A DNA stretch of 64,000 bases from Nemertoderma westbladi (lineage: Eukaryota; Animalia; Xenacoelomorpha): contig JAUCBJ010005472.1 in assembly GCA_032718475.1 (NCBI GenBank), forward strand, positions 1,888 to 65,887, written 5' to 3'. Position 1 is the stretch's first letter. Each line of letters starts with the position of its first letter. Shown piece after piece: positions 9,883-22,645 of the stretch. The position numbers and the translations under genes are program-made. A model generated the notes under the pieces. It saw only the letters and a program-made list of their open reading frames with translations. It was not told where the DNA came from and searched no databases.

Positions 9883-11468
9883 CAAACCCTTCCTGTATTC
9901 TGGAGTCAGGTGAACGTTTGGAATACAATGAAACAATTGAGACGTGCACAAAAAATTGCACTTGTGAATATGATGGTCAGCTATATTGCAATGATAAGGA
10001 GCCGTGCAACAACTTTGCTGAATGTAGTGATGCAACTGACTATCAGTGTGTTTGTCAAGAAGGCTTCAGCGGAGATGGCTATCATTGCCAAGCTGGTGGT
10101 GGTAGTGGAATTTCGCTTTCTGGAGGAGAAACCAACCTTATTGACAAGCAACCTAATTGTGAATTTTGGGCCAAGACTGGCGAGTGCACCAAAAACCCAA
10201 GATTCATGTGGGAGGATTGCCCAGTAAGTTGCAACATACATGATCCAAATTCACAACCCGTTGAGGATACATTTACAGAGGAGGAGTGTATTTTTTTCGC
10301 TAAAGATAACCAATGTGAAGAGAATGAAAAGTTCATGGAGAAAAATTGTCCAAAGGAATGTGAAGATCTTGCAAATGGTTTGCTAGAGCTGGGTAAAGTC
10401 AATGAAACAGAAATTTGTATTAATAAAGCTGAACTTGGTTATTGTATAACAGATTGGCAGAATATGGAGGATAGATGTCCTGGAATATGTGTTGGTGAAT
10501 TTGTTGTTGTAGAAAACATTGACAAACTGCCAGACGAAATTCCTAAAGATCAAGTTCTAGTTGTTGATGTAGTTAATGATGTTGGTGCTGTTTCCTGTCC
10601 AAATGGCCTTATGATGGCTGATTGTAAATGCGAAGAAGATGATTGTGCTGGATCTAGCGTTGAGGTAAATGAGGAAGGTAAAGTTCAATGCATAGCTGAA
10701 GGGGCAGATGGCTCGGTTGTTAATGCAGAGGCCATTTGCACAAAATTACGAGGGCCATATGAGATATATATACCAAATGACTTTGGCATTAACAAGTCTC
10801 CAGAAACAAATTGTCCACCAAGTTTTGAACTACTATCTTGCAATTCTAAAGCGACATCACATGCTATAGAACGTTCTGGAAAGGGTGAAATTGAAGGTAA
10901 TGTGTGCAAATTCAATGAAGACATCTGCTCTGAGCAGTGCGAAGTTTCTGGGATTTGTTTCAAAACAAGCTTTGATTCAACACCAATTGCAGATATGGCT
11001 GATGAAGGTTCTGCCACTAATGAAGATAGAATTAATTTTTTTGTGAATGGTGCCGACAGTTCAATCGATGGCATGATTTTTGAAAGCCCTGAATCATCCC
11101 CTGTAGCTACAGGTCAATGCCCTGCAGGGTCATTTGTTCTTGGATGTGAATGCATTGGTGAGTGTAAGGGTGTTAATCCTATATTGGCATATCGCAAGTG
11201 TGAAGCAACCAGTGTATCTGATGATCAGCTAATTCAAGTGAGGCTTTTCTGCTCCAGTGGTGTTATTACACCTCGCTATGAAGGTCATGGAGCAGACCTT
11301 ATTGCTGCTGCTGAATGTCCAACGGAAACATCACTTATTTCATGCGCCTCAATGTATTCAGATGTTGCTGATATTCCAGAGGGACATAATGGTCATGGTA
11401 CGTCAGTAGGTAATAGTTGTGTAACCAATTGCGATGGGTTCTGTTATGCTTACGCAATTTGCATTTAA
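9883..11468 (+). CDS. Exon 3 (terminal) of secreted Cys-rich protein: TILa/vWC-like, EGF, three ShK-like and four resistin/PCSK9-C-like modules; spliced product ~568 aa
   Basis: Branch point TACTAAC near 9852 and acceptor TTGACAG ending 9882, phase compatible with exon 2. EGF: CNNFAEC...YQCVCQEGFSGDGYHC. ShK-like: DKQPNCEFWAKTGECTKNPRFMWEDCPVSC. Long uninterrupted ORF. Confidence 0.9.
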
Positions 11469-11769
11469 ATGTAGTGATATATATCTTTGGTATAAATCTT
11501 ATAAAAATTGGTGTTTAGCTAAATGTAAAATGGTGAAAATTTATCTGTATTTAAATGTGCGTATTTGTAATGTTTAACTTATATATTGCGGTGATTAGTG
11601 AATATTTGCTTATTATTTACTTATTCAAACAATTTAATTATTGAATTTATATAATTAATTATTATAATTAATTATTAGATGTTAGATCCATCCAAGCTTT
11701 ATCAATCTCCTTCAGAAATTGATCCCTTTTAAAATGCGAGTAATATTAAGAATCTCGAATATTAAGTGT

Positions 11770-12200
11770 GGAGTGGTGGGGTGAAAGAAACATGAATATT
11801 TATGTAAGTAGCATAGTGATAATTGGAGCATATTTGTGAATAAATTGTACCAAGTGTAGTAGTTGACGTAGTTATGGTAGATAGAATATGATCTATTAGA
11901 GTTTCAGAAAAAAATTCGGTAGTTCACTACTAATACACAGTGTATGTTGGATAAAGGCGTAGGAATAAGTATATATGAATTATAAATAATTACATCAAAG
12001 TTATGTTTAGTTAGATGGTTGTGGGTTAGTCAGTAATTCCTGTAAATACGTGCTCACGATTAGAGGTTTAGCGTTTTGCAGTCTATTAATTTACACCCAA
12101 GAATTTCCAAGGCCATTCATTTTTAAGTCAGGAGTGAAAATGCCTCTAAAGAATCGTTAATGCAGTTCCACTGCGGTTAATTGTGGGTCCTGGTTTATGC
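11770..12200 (-). pseudogene. Possible highly decayed LINE ORF2 fragment
   Basis: Short minus-strand motifs SETLIDHIL (endonuclease-like) and APIITMLLT*IF (pre-RT-like); weak evidence. Confidence 0.3.
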
Positions 12201-12349
12201 ATATCTCAATGGAAACAGGATAATATTATTTCGACTAAATAAAAATTTTCTTTGACAAATGTGATAAAGTGATAATGTCCAATTAAGTAACTAATAATAA
12301 AAGTAAATAATAATAAAAGTTTCAATGTCAGATAATGAAATAATTTTAA

Positions 12350-13608
12350 CCCTATTAGTACCGGGCTATAAAATGTTGTACAAATACCGGGGGCGGGGGG
12401 GGGGGGGGGGTCATATTGACCCCATCGAAAATCTAGAAATTTTAACGAAAACGTGTGATTTTTTGTTTGTACGTCGGTTTCACTGGCTCCGACCGAGAAA
12501 AAAATTTTCGAAACAATGTACTGGTGTGGTTATCAAAAGCACCAAAAGTACAAGTAGTGCACAATTTTCACAAAATTTGAAAGTTACATTTTACGGCTAA
12601 TTGTTTTTCAATACATGATTTCTGGGGCGTTAAATCCATTGGAAAATATTTAAAAATGATCTGATTACTATAAATGGCTGCTTTAGTCCTCTCTGCGTAC
12701 GATAAACATGAAAAAAAACATGTAACCAGCACTTTTCAGTTTGAACATAAAATTTTTAATTCACTTATACGATGCAATAAATTCACATTTTCAGGTTTTC
12801 TAGGGCACTGATTCAAATGGAATACATTTCTAATATGCCAGATCATTGCTACTCGTATTTTTCGGCGTAATTTGGCAAATTTTTGTGCTAGCACCAAATT
12901 TCGTACCCATCACCAAAAAGTACAAGTTTGCGATGTCCAGTGCTGTTTTTATTGATTCCATCGGATTCAAGACCCTCATAAACCCGTATAACGCAAGAAA
13001 CAAGATGATACTATCTACTGATCAATTTGCTTATTATCAAAAATTTGGTGCTGGCACCAAAACAAGGTGACACAATCAATTGATATATTTGATGGTTTTC
13101 AAAATTTTGCACCCACTTCCGAAAAATACAAGTTTGAGATGTCTAGTTAGATAAACCATAAATAAATAAACCATAAATTACTATGATTGACCTTGAATTA
13201 ACAACTTCCTACAAATAGTAAAAAAACAACCGAAAATTTGGGTTTGCCCCAACGTCCGACACCATGGAATTGACCATATTTCAAAATTTGGTGCTAGCAC
13301 CAAAATTTGGCACCCGCCGAAAAAAACAAGTTTGAAATTTCTAAATTAATTTATATAAATTCCATCCAATTGCTAACACCAAAAAACCGATGTAAATCTA
13401 AACTAGAGATGTTACAAATCATATTTCATGAAATGTAATTTTCAAAAAACTTCTCAAAAAAAGTGCCAAAAGTAGGGTTAAAAAATGGTGCTATAACTCG
13501 AAAACTACCCAATATTTTTGAAAACGGTTTTCACTACTAGAAAGAGAATAGATTTTTAGGAAAAGTCACAATATTTCAGATTCCCAACTGCGTTTGTTTC
13601 AGAATTAT
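12350..13608 (+). mobile_element. piggyBac-type MITE copy 1 (internally deleted, one end missing)
   Basis: Starts TTAA|CCCTATTAGTACCGGGC; homologous to 44312-45864 but more diverged; stops ~60 bp short of the other terminus. Confidence 0.9.
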
Positions 13609-13641
13609 GGATTGAATGAAATGGTATGAAATTAGAGAAAT

Positions 13642-14811
13642 TGTAAAAGCTTTTGGGGATATAACTGGCCTTTTCCATTTGTAATCCAGTTTTCCCCCAT
13701 TCGCTCAAATCCTCTAAACTGTTGCTTCTAGTGGCACAATCCGCCCGCTGGTTGGCTGATTTGCTGTACGCATGGCCTCTTTGTCCTGTTCGATTAACCA
13801 ATCAGAACAATGATCGACCAATCAGAGCGATTTAGCCTTGTGTTGGCTATGGGCTGCAAAGGCTAGGGAGGTTTGGCATTTAGACATTCATGGAACGTAT
13901 AGAAACTGGAACTCTGCCAATGAGAGCTTTTCCTCTTTGTGTTGAAAGCTACCTGCAACAGCTCACAGGGTTCAGTGTGTTGGTTTTCCTGATGCCATGA
14001 ACATCGGCTATGGAATTATTCTGTTTTATTCCAACATTAGAACGGCTTTAATTATAAGAACACATAACTGTTACCGGTACAGCGGTACGAGACACTAAGA
14101 ACACATAACGGTACGGTACGTATTGCACATTATTTACTGCTATTTGCTGTTTGTTATTAAATGTATCATTCGTTTGCATATTGTTATTTGGAGAATAACT
14201 ATAAACGATCAGAAACCCCGATCTTCTTGATACACTAAGGTTAGAGAGACCGGCTACATATAGCAATTGCGACTTATATTATCGTGGTTTGTAGTGAATT
14301 GAATGCTATTTTATAGGCCCTACAAATGTCGGTTGCTATTCTCTTTATATATGATTAAAATCAGTGACTATCGGCAATTCAGTGTGCAGCGGTGTGCAAT
14401 AGTCTGTATGTGCTTGTCCGCGTAACAAAGCATCTCCTAAAGAATGCGCCTTATGTGTAACTTATAATCCATTCCGTTGTGTTTAGTGTAAGTCATAGCT
14501 CTGTTTATATAGATAGAGCGCCACGTCCTAAAGGAACTGCTAATATTTCCCGAAAGTGAATAATATTTGTCAGAGATTATATATTAACGATCAATCGAAT
14601 AGTACGGTAGGCCTGCACCGCAATCAAATTAAAGCATCCGAATCCAGTCTCCCGGGTATATCCAGCGGGTGAATGGTCGCGCATAGACTGGCTTCGGCTA
14701 ATGTTGGATTTATTTGTCTCAAATACTTGTCATAGGCTAAAGTCAATTTATAACCTAGAAGACATATAGATTTGGCGGGTTAAACTGCCAAAGGTCTTAA
14801 AAGCGCGAACA
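13642..14811 (+). mobile_element. Solo LTR (1170 bp), older relative of the BEL/Pao LTRs at 25831 and 39152
   Basis: TGTAAAAGC...GCGCGAACA termini; 5-bp TSD GAAAT at 13637-13641 and 14812-14816; clear reverse-complement similarity to 39152-40340. Confidence 0.9.
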
Positions 14812-15489
14812 GAAATAGAAAGCTTTCACCATAAATGTAACCAACACAGTAGTGGGGTGGGCTAATTGAGTAATATGGCAATAGAATATGTGATATAATA
14901 TTATTAGTAATATTACCGGGCACTGAGATATTAAGTGGTTGAAAGAAGAAGTCCACAGTATGCCACTAGAGGGGGGATGCCATCGCCTATCCTAATTTAA
15001 CATGAATAGTTGAACTAAATAGAAACCGGTAAATGATTATCGGTCGAAATATTGGCAATAATAAAGATTTCGGTTACTGAATTAGATCATTCAATACATT
15101 CAATACATTCAATACATTCAATAATATTCACATATTCATCTATATATAATATACATTATTCATAGTAAAAATCGGAAAAACTAATGGAGGTTAAATAATA
15201 AAGGTTAGGGCTAAGGCTATAATCCCTATATTCATAATCATAAGTTTCGAAATGATTGTACATATACATTATAAGTGATAGAAACTGCACAAATTATATT
15301 AGTTGCTGTATAAATAAATGTAAAATTACATAAATTATGTTGTAAATAAGTTAGCTTATATTTATGGTGGCGTTTGGAGCCATGTTATAATAATATAGCT
15401 AGGCCCTACTGGTTATTAATAGCTATACCCCGCCTACCGGTAGGTAATGCAGTAAGTAGGCCTATCTGGCTGTCAGGCCAATTTCCACC

Positions 15490-15708
15490 TATTGTTTACG
15501 TGGTATCCAATGATGGCGTTAAGTAATGTCCCCTTAGTGGACATTAGTTAACGCCGTCAATGGTTACCACGTAAACAATAATACCAAATACAATACTAAA
15601 TGTACAGGCCAATACAATGCTGTAATGTCCTCTAAAGTTGTAAAGTGCTAAATAACAACTAGCTGTTAATACTAACGGGTTGAGTAAGTTACAATTTTGG
15701 AATAAATA
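15490..15708. repeat. Dispersed repeat beginning with a 42-bp-arm hairpin (15490-15580); second partial copy at ~19904-20103
   Basis: Arm TATTGTTTACGTGGTATCCAATGATGGCGTTAAGTAATGTCC pairs with its reverse complement with 4 mismatches; the downstream ~125 bp match 19975-20103. Confidence 0.8.
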
Positions 15709-15759
15709 GTTATTACACATCAATTGTATTCAGTGAAGCCAAGGCGAGTGTACCTCCTC

Positions 15760-16080
15760 CACTCAACCATAGCAGTTTCTTTTTTTGCTGTAGTTTCCGA
15801 ATATGGTCAGGATGCGTCTTTATATTGTTAGTAAGTAAAGCTTATAAAAGGAACAAACTGTTATATTCCGAACTTTAATGCATATGCAAAACTATTCCAA
15901 TAATCATCTACAGTATTACAATTTGCAAATTTATCTTCCCAGTCAAATAATTGCGTGTAAGTTAAAAATTGCTTATAATTTCCATTTTTTAAATCATAAA
16001 AACCTAAATTGGAAGCACTATCTTCTTGGTTATTACTGCAGAAATTAAAAGATACCATATTGTGGTCACTGCTAGAAACA
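15760..16080 (-). pseudogene. CR1/L2-type LINE ORF2 fragment (end of endonuclease and linker)
   Basis: VSSSDHNMVSFN (SDH motif) in frame with FYDLKNGNY...FDWEDKF...VDDYWNSF...*QFVP. Confidence 0.65.
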
Positions 16081-16984
16081 TTACTACCGGGTGTTCCATA
16101 ATGATTGCCCCCCCCCCCCCCCCCCCTGGCCAGCCAAAACTGTCAGACATGCACCTTAGTTTTATATACCAATCGAAAGATAATTTAATTCTGAGCATGC
16201 AAAAATTCAAAAATTTAGGGTCCAATACAAAAGTATAAAAATTTTATAGGCAATTCTTTAAACCTATCTTACTTTTCAATATTTGTAAGCGGATTCAATT
16301 CCATGCACTACCCACCGAAAATGGGATTACTGGCATTTTACCAATATAGTTGGCGATGTGATATTACCAATAATAATCTCACCTCATAACCAACTGGGGC
16401 GATACACGCCGTAAGCCACAGAGAGAGGTGAGAGGTAAAACCACAGAGGGACAAACAAGCTAGTAAGGACAAAGCCAACAGGGAGTGGCGAGGTGAGAAT
16501 TAATCAGGTTAAGCCAATAATGGGTGGGAAAGCACATTGGGGGTGAATAGAGCGCATCTATTGGATATTAAGGCCACCTTGTAGTGTAGGACTAATGTAA
16601 TATTATGTGTCAATGATATAACCGTTATGATTACTGATTACTGATTTAGTTGGTTCTCCTTATAGTTGTGGAACTGGAATAGTTTTGACCGTCGTCGTCA
16701 CTAACCGCTGTATTGCATGCTATTATATTCAGACTGTGCTATTATCGATTACTGCCATTACTGAATTATTAACATTTAGTTATTCAGTAACTCAGTTATT
16801 TTGAACAGCCTTCGGCCCATAGATCCAAGTCGACAGCTCACGGACGCTGCAACGCGTACAACTCACATACCGGCCGGGAGCTGATACTGCCAACTCCGTC
16901 AGCCCTGTCACAATATTTGTGATTTAATCACAATTTAAAAAATATAATTTATCCAGCGTTAGTCATCAGATTTACAGCCATGTT

Positions 16985-17222
16985 TCCCATCATTTGGCAC
17001 TTAGAAGGATAATTGAAGAGTTATCAAAAAAGAAAGACAGGCATCTGGCTGTTATCTTTGTTGACTTCTTCAAGGCCTTTGATTCAGTCTCTCGCTCACT
17101 TATGTTCAGCATACTTTTATTATATGGGATTCCTGATGAAATTATTGCAGCAATCAGATCAGTATACGATGGTTCGACAACATTTGTGTCTACTGTTGAC
17201 GGTGACACAGAACCATTTGACT
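16985..17222 (+). pseudogene. RTE-clade reverse transcriptase fragment
   Basis: ALRRIIEE...AVIFVDFFKAFDSVSRSLMFSILLLYGIPDEII...TVDGDTEPF. Confidence 0.85.
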
Positions 17223-18130
17223 CGAGCGATGTTGTGAATCCAGATGATCCATCAACACCAACCACAATAACAGTAACTGAATCAGGAACAAAGGAACCTT
17301 ATAAATCTTCTGTTTCCTCCGATCCCAATATATTCATACAGCAGTATGATATTGGAAATGCAGTGGGTGCCAAACTGTCAGATTCGGAAAAGTGAAAATT
17401 TCTGGAACATAAATTTGTCTCTCCTTCCGGATTTATTTGGCCTACTGCTGAGCGCATTATTAATGGTAAAACGGTAAAGTACCAGGTGAAACCCGACCAC
17501 CTGAAACAAGGAATAGAATACTCGGTTAAAGACTCAGGGTTGTATTGTTAATATTGCGTACTTTTCAGCACAAGTGATGTTGGCCATGGAGCCCACCAAA
17601 TGACAAATATTTTTGTTCAGAAACCATTCACAAGAATTGCATGTATGGATGTTGTTAATGAACATAAGAAACTCCAGTATCACGCTAACGCTGCAGCCAA
17701 TGCTGAGGAGTTTACACATATCATGGCAAATCCTGAGCAAGAAATAACAAGCTTTAGATAATGCAGCTAGGTTGGAGATTGAGTCGAATAAATCTATTCT
17801 AAGGGGCATCATCGAATCGATATTATTTCTGGGTAAGTCTGTGTTTACATTTAAAACGAATGTGTTACAGTACTTTATAAAAGTTCACTAAAGATAAAAT
17901 AAATTCACAAAATAAATATAATATTTCAGGTATAATATTGGTTTTTATATATTAAATTTTCTTATATATATTTGTTATAGGGAGAAACGGTTAAGCAACG
18001 CGTGGTCACAGAGATAGTGGTCGCATTAATATTGGTGATGATTCTCACTCCGGTGATATAGATTCTACCGAAGGAAACTTTCATTCATTGTTACAATTCA
18101 GAGCTCTGAGTGGAGACAAAATCTTGGAGT
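17223..18130 (+). pseudogene. hAT transposase pseudogene (ZMYM1/THAP12-like), N-terminal part, with a spliceosomal intron at ~17833-17980
   Basis: YDIG...LSDSEK, YSVKDSGLYC*YCVLF, ILRGIIESILFLG|gtaagt...ttatag|GRNG*ATRGHRDSG...EGNFHSLLQFRA.SGDKIL (DUF4371-type); contains stops and frameshifts. Confidence 0.8.
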
Positions 18131-18300
18131 AGTTTAGTTAGGTGGTACATTCCTGCCGCTGCCATCTACAAAAGTTTTGTAGTATAATTTTGATTTTGTG
18201 TTAGCTAGTAAAAAAATTAAAAATATAATTTAATCATCAATTAAAATATTTGTTTGGAATAATATAGTATAGTCAAAGTAGCTAGTAATTATTTACTTAA

Positions 18301-19866
18301 CCCTATTAAACCCGGGGGGGGGGGTCAATATGACCCCCCCCCCCCCCCGTGGTTTCTTTATTATAATTCTGAAACAAACGCAGTTGGGAATCTGAAATTT
18401 TTGACTTTTCCTAAAAATCTATAGTCTTCCTAGTAGTGAAAACCGTTTTCAAAAATATTGGGTATTTTTCGAGTTATGGCACCATTTTTTAACCCTACTT
18501 TTGGCACTTTTCTTAAGACGTTTTTTGAAAATTACATTTCATTAAATATGAATTGTAACATCTCTATTTTTGATTTACACCGGTTTTTTGGTGTTAGAAA
18601 TTTGATGGAATTCATATCAATTGATTTAGAAATTTCAAACTTGTATTTTTCGGCGGGTACCAAATTTTGGTGCCAGCACCAAATTTTGAAATAAGTCAAT
18701 TTTGTAAATTGAACGTTTGAAACTTGTTTTTTACGCAATTGGGGTTTTTTGGATTTCTGGATTCGATGAAATATATACGAGTTGCACCAAGCGTATCAAA
18801 CTTGTATTTTTCGGTGCTGTGTGCAAATTTTGGTGCTAGCACGAAATTTTGAAAATCCATTCAATAGATAAAATTGCTTGTGACAATTTATTTCTTGCGT
18901 TTTAGAGGTTTATGGCTGTCCTGAATTCAATGGAAAATATAATTATCGAACTAGACATCTCAAACTTGTATTTTTCGGATGTGGGTGCAAAATGTCGTGC
19001 TAGCACCAAATTTTGAAAAACATCAAATATATCAATTGATTGTGTCACCTTGTTTCTTGCGTTATACGGGTTTGTGATGGTTCTGAATTCAATGGAATCA
19101 GTAAAAATTTCATAAGAGTTCTCAAACTTGTATTTTTCGCCGGTGGGTGAAAATTGTTGTGCCAGCACCAAATTTTGGAAAATATGCAAATTGATAAGTA
19201 GATACTATCACCTTGTTTCTTTCGTTATACGGGTTTATGAGGGTCCTGAATCCGATGGAATCAATAAAAACAGCACTGGACATCGCAAACTTGTACTTTT
19301 TGGTGATGGGTACGAAATTTGGTGCTAGCACCAAAATTTGCCAAATTACGCCGAAAAATACAAGTAGCAATGATCTGGCATATTAGAATTGTATTCCATT
19401 AGAATCAGCGCCCTCGAAAACCTGAAAATGTGAATTTATAGCATCGTATAAGTGAATTAAAAATTTTGTGTTCTAACTGTAAAGTGCTGGTTACTTGTTT
19501 TTTTCATTTTTTTCCTACGCAGAGAGGACTAAACAGCCATTTATAGTAATGATAAAATTTTTAAATATTTTCCAATGTTATTTGCACCCCAGAAAACCTG
19601 TATTGAAAAATAATTAGCCGAAAATGTAACTTTCAAATTTGGTGAAAATTGTGCACGACTTGTAATTTTGGTGCTGCAATATAACCACCCCAGTACATTT
19701 TTTCGAAAATTTTTTTTTCGGTCGGATCCAGACAAGTGATACCTACGTACAAACAAAAAATCAGACGTTTTCGTAAATATTTGTAGATTTTAGAGGGGGG
19801 GGTCAATATGACCCCCCCCCCCCCCCCGGTATTTGTACAACATTTTATAGCCCGGTACTAATAGGG
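18301..19866 (-). mobile_element. piggyBac-type MITE copy 2 (1566 bp, complete)
   Basis: TTAA on both sides; termini CCCTATTA...TAATAGGG; subterminal GGGGGGTCAATATGACCCCCC at both ends; no transposase. Confidence 0.95.
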
Positions 19867-20122
19867 TTAAGGGACGAAAAGTCTGGGATGGTGGACATAC
19901 CAACTATTGTTTATAGTGGTAACCACGACGGCGTGGCTGTAAAGTCGCTCTGTTGGGACATTACTACATAATAATACACCAATACAATACTAAATGTACA
20001 AGCCAATACAATACTGTCATGACTTCTAAAGTTGTAAAGTAGTAAATAACAACTCGCTGTTAATACTAATGGCGATGAGTAATGTTATAATTTTGGAATA
20101 AAATATAAGTATATCATTCTAG

Positions 20123-20850
20123 GTTGACGATGTTGTAAAGCAACTACAGCTATTTAGAGAAACAGCGGAGTTACCGGGTCCTCTCCCAATTGGATTTGGT
20201 GCTATTATCCGTGAGGCCAGTGAGTTGCTCAGTGAGCCATTGTCAATTCCGCGGCTATATGGTTGACAGCGCAATCGATCCAATCCTGTTGCGCCGAGGG
20301 AGATTGCAACTCCAGAACTCTATTTTCGGAGAACTGTTTACATTCCCTTTATTGAAAGCATCATAATGGAGCTAAAGGAACGATTTTCAGATCACAGAAG
20401 TATACTTCTAGGACTGTCAGCCCTTCTTCCTTCTCAGATTGATAATTCAACAACATCGGACATTGACAATATTGTCGATCTGTATCTACCAATAATAACC
20501 GGCAACAACATAACCAAGGAAGACTGCCGGGAATGCTACAGGAAGTTGGTCAGAAACTCCACACAAAAAGCGACCACGTACAGTCCTTGCAGCACTGGCT
20601 TCCTGCTCGAAGAATTTCAACCCAATAGTTAATGAACTATTGCGTATCTTTGCCACTTTGCCCGTTTCAACGGCTTCAGCTGAGCATAGCTTTTCTGCCC
20701 TGAAACTGATAAAGAACTACCTCCGTTACTCTTGGTGCAAAGTCGCTACAAGGCTTTGCCTTGATGTACATTCACCGTACACGTCCTGTGGACATCAATA
20801 GGGTTATAGAACTATTTAGTAAACAGAATCGGAGATTAAAATGTATTTAA
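20123..20850 (+). pseudogene. hAT transposase pseudogene, C-terminal dimerisation region
   Basis: YFRRTVYIPFIESIIMELKERFS ... LLRIFATLPVSTASAEHSFSALKLIKNYLR ... ALMYIHR; frameshifted. Confidence 0.88.
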
Positions 20851-20901
20851 AATTATTATACCTACCTATATTTAGGTCAAATATTAAGGTTATATTGAGA
20901 G

Positions 20902-21043
20902 GTAATTTATATCCACTGTATGTGATTTATATGTAATTTATATCTACTGGATGTGATTTTTATGTAATTTATATCTACTGTATGTAATTTGTATCTACTG
21001 TATGTGATTTGTATCTACTGTATGATATTTATATGTAATTTAT
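20902..21043. repeat. Short degenerate tandem repeat (GTAATTTATATCTACTGTATGTGATTT-like)
   Basis: Visible ~20-30 bp reiteration. Confidence 0.7.
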
Positions 21044-21399
21044 GGTCAGATAGGTGGGGAACTGGTCGCAATAAAAATGCATCGCTCTCCAGGGGAAATT
21101 GGACGCAAATTACAGATTATTACTCTCGAAAATAAACGGTAAGCTGTTTTATTGTGTTCAGTTTATTGTTTTGGTTAAAACATCGTGCCACAGTACCCTA
21201 CTCCTTTAATTAACACTTGAACAATTAACATTCAACGTGATTAACATTAGGCGGGATATTAATTCGCCAAGGTGGGTTTTGCGCCCCCCCCCCCCCCACC
21301 CCTGTCTCCCACTCGTAATCAATTTTGAATTTGAGTTTTACCCCCCCCCCCCCCCCCCCCCCCCCCCCCATCAGAAAAACCTTGGTACGCCCCTGGCCA

Positions 21400-22612
21400 G
21401 TGGAGCGCTGTGACCAGATTCCAGTTCCACCAGATACTATTGAGGAAACTGACGATTCAACAACTGGAACTGACGATGATGATACGTATGAACCAGGACC
21501 CCAAGAGTTGGAAGTTCCCAATTTAGTAACGCAGGGTGATCTTAATGATTTAGTTAGAGATCTGGCTTTAACAAAGGCTGAAAGTGAACTGCTGGGATCT
21601 CGCCTTCAGGAATGGAATTTTCTCCAGAGAGGAACTAAAGTGACAGTTTATAGGAAGCGCACAGCAGACTTGACCCAATTCTTCTCAAAAGAGGAAGATA
21701 TCTGTTTTAGCAACGATGTTCCCAGTTTGTTCAGCCAACTTGGTACGGACCATGATCCCACTGATTGGAGGCTCTTTATAGATGGGTTCTACTAAGAGTA
21801 TTAAAGCCGTCCTTCTACATAATGGCAATGTGTATCCCATCAGTACCGGTAGCTCACTCCACAGCTAGAAAAGAGTCATATGAAACACTGAAGGTTATTC
21901 TTAGTACTCGGAACATCAGTGGTCTATCTGTGCTGATTTGAAAGTTATAGCTATACTCCGGGGACTCCAAACGGGTTTTACAAAGTACATGTGCTTCATT
22001 TGTTTATGGAACAGTCGAGCACGAGCAACCCACTATAATAGATGTGGATGGCCAGACCGAACATCCGACATCATGGGTTGTAGCAATGTAATTGCAGAAC
22101 CGCTAGTTCCAAAATCAAAAATACTGCTACCTCCACTACACATTAAACTCGGGCTAATTAAACAATTTGTTGAAGCTCTAGATAAAGACGGTGCTACATT
22201 TCAGTACCTTGTTACCAAGTTACCTAAACTCAGTCAGGCTAAAATTAAGGAGGGACCTCAAATGGGACCTCAAATTTGAGAAGTTATTAAAGATCCGAAC
22301 TTCAATGAAGTACTCATGTCTACAAATGAGTTTAGAGCCTTGGATTCTTTTCAACGAATTTGCAGTGGATTTCTAGGAAACAATAAGGTTGAGAATTATA
22401 TTGATCTTGTGGTTGAATTGGTTGATAGCTATAAGATTCTCGGTTGCAACATGTCTTTGAAGTTACACTTCCTCCACTCACACTTAGATTTCTTTCCTCC
22501 CAACATGGGTGCTGTAAGTGATGAGCATGGGGAAAGATTCCACCAAGATATTGCAGTTATGGAGAAGCGATATCAGGAAAGATGGAGCCCTGCCATGCTG
22601 GCCGATTTCTAT
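21400..22612 (+). pseudogene. DNA transposase pseudogene, probably Chapaev3-like (CMC/Transib-related)
   Basis: LNDLVRDL...ELLGSRLQEW, WRLFID, KAVLLHNGN, DLKV...GLQTGFTKYMCFICLW, LPPLHIKLGLIKQFV, MSLKLHFLHSHLDFFP, SDEHGERFHQDI; at least 3 frameshifts. The family assignment is from recalled motifs. Confidence 0.75.
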
Positions 22613-22645
22613 ACATTATCCATACATATTACATACATACGATTT

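Noticed and set aside
16083-16240. Tc1/mariner-like terminus TA|CCGGGTGTTCCATAA
   Set aside because: No matching second TIR found, so not called as a feature.
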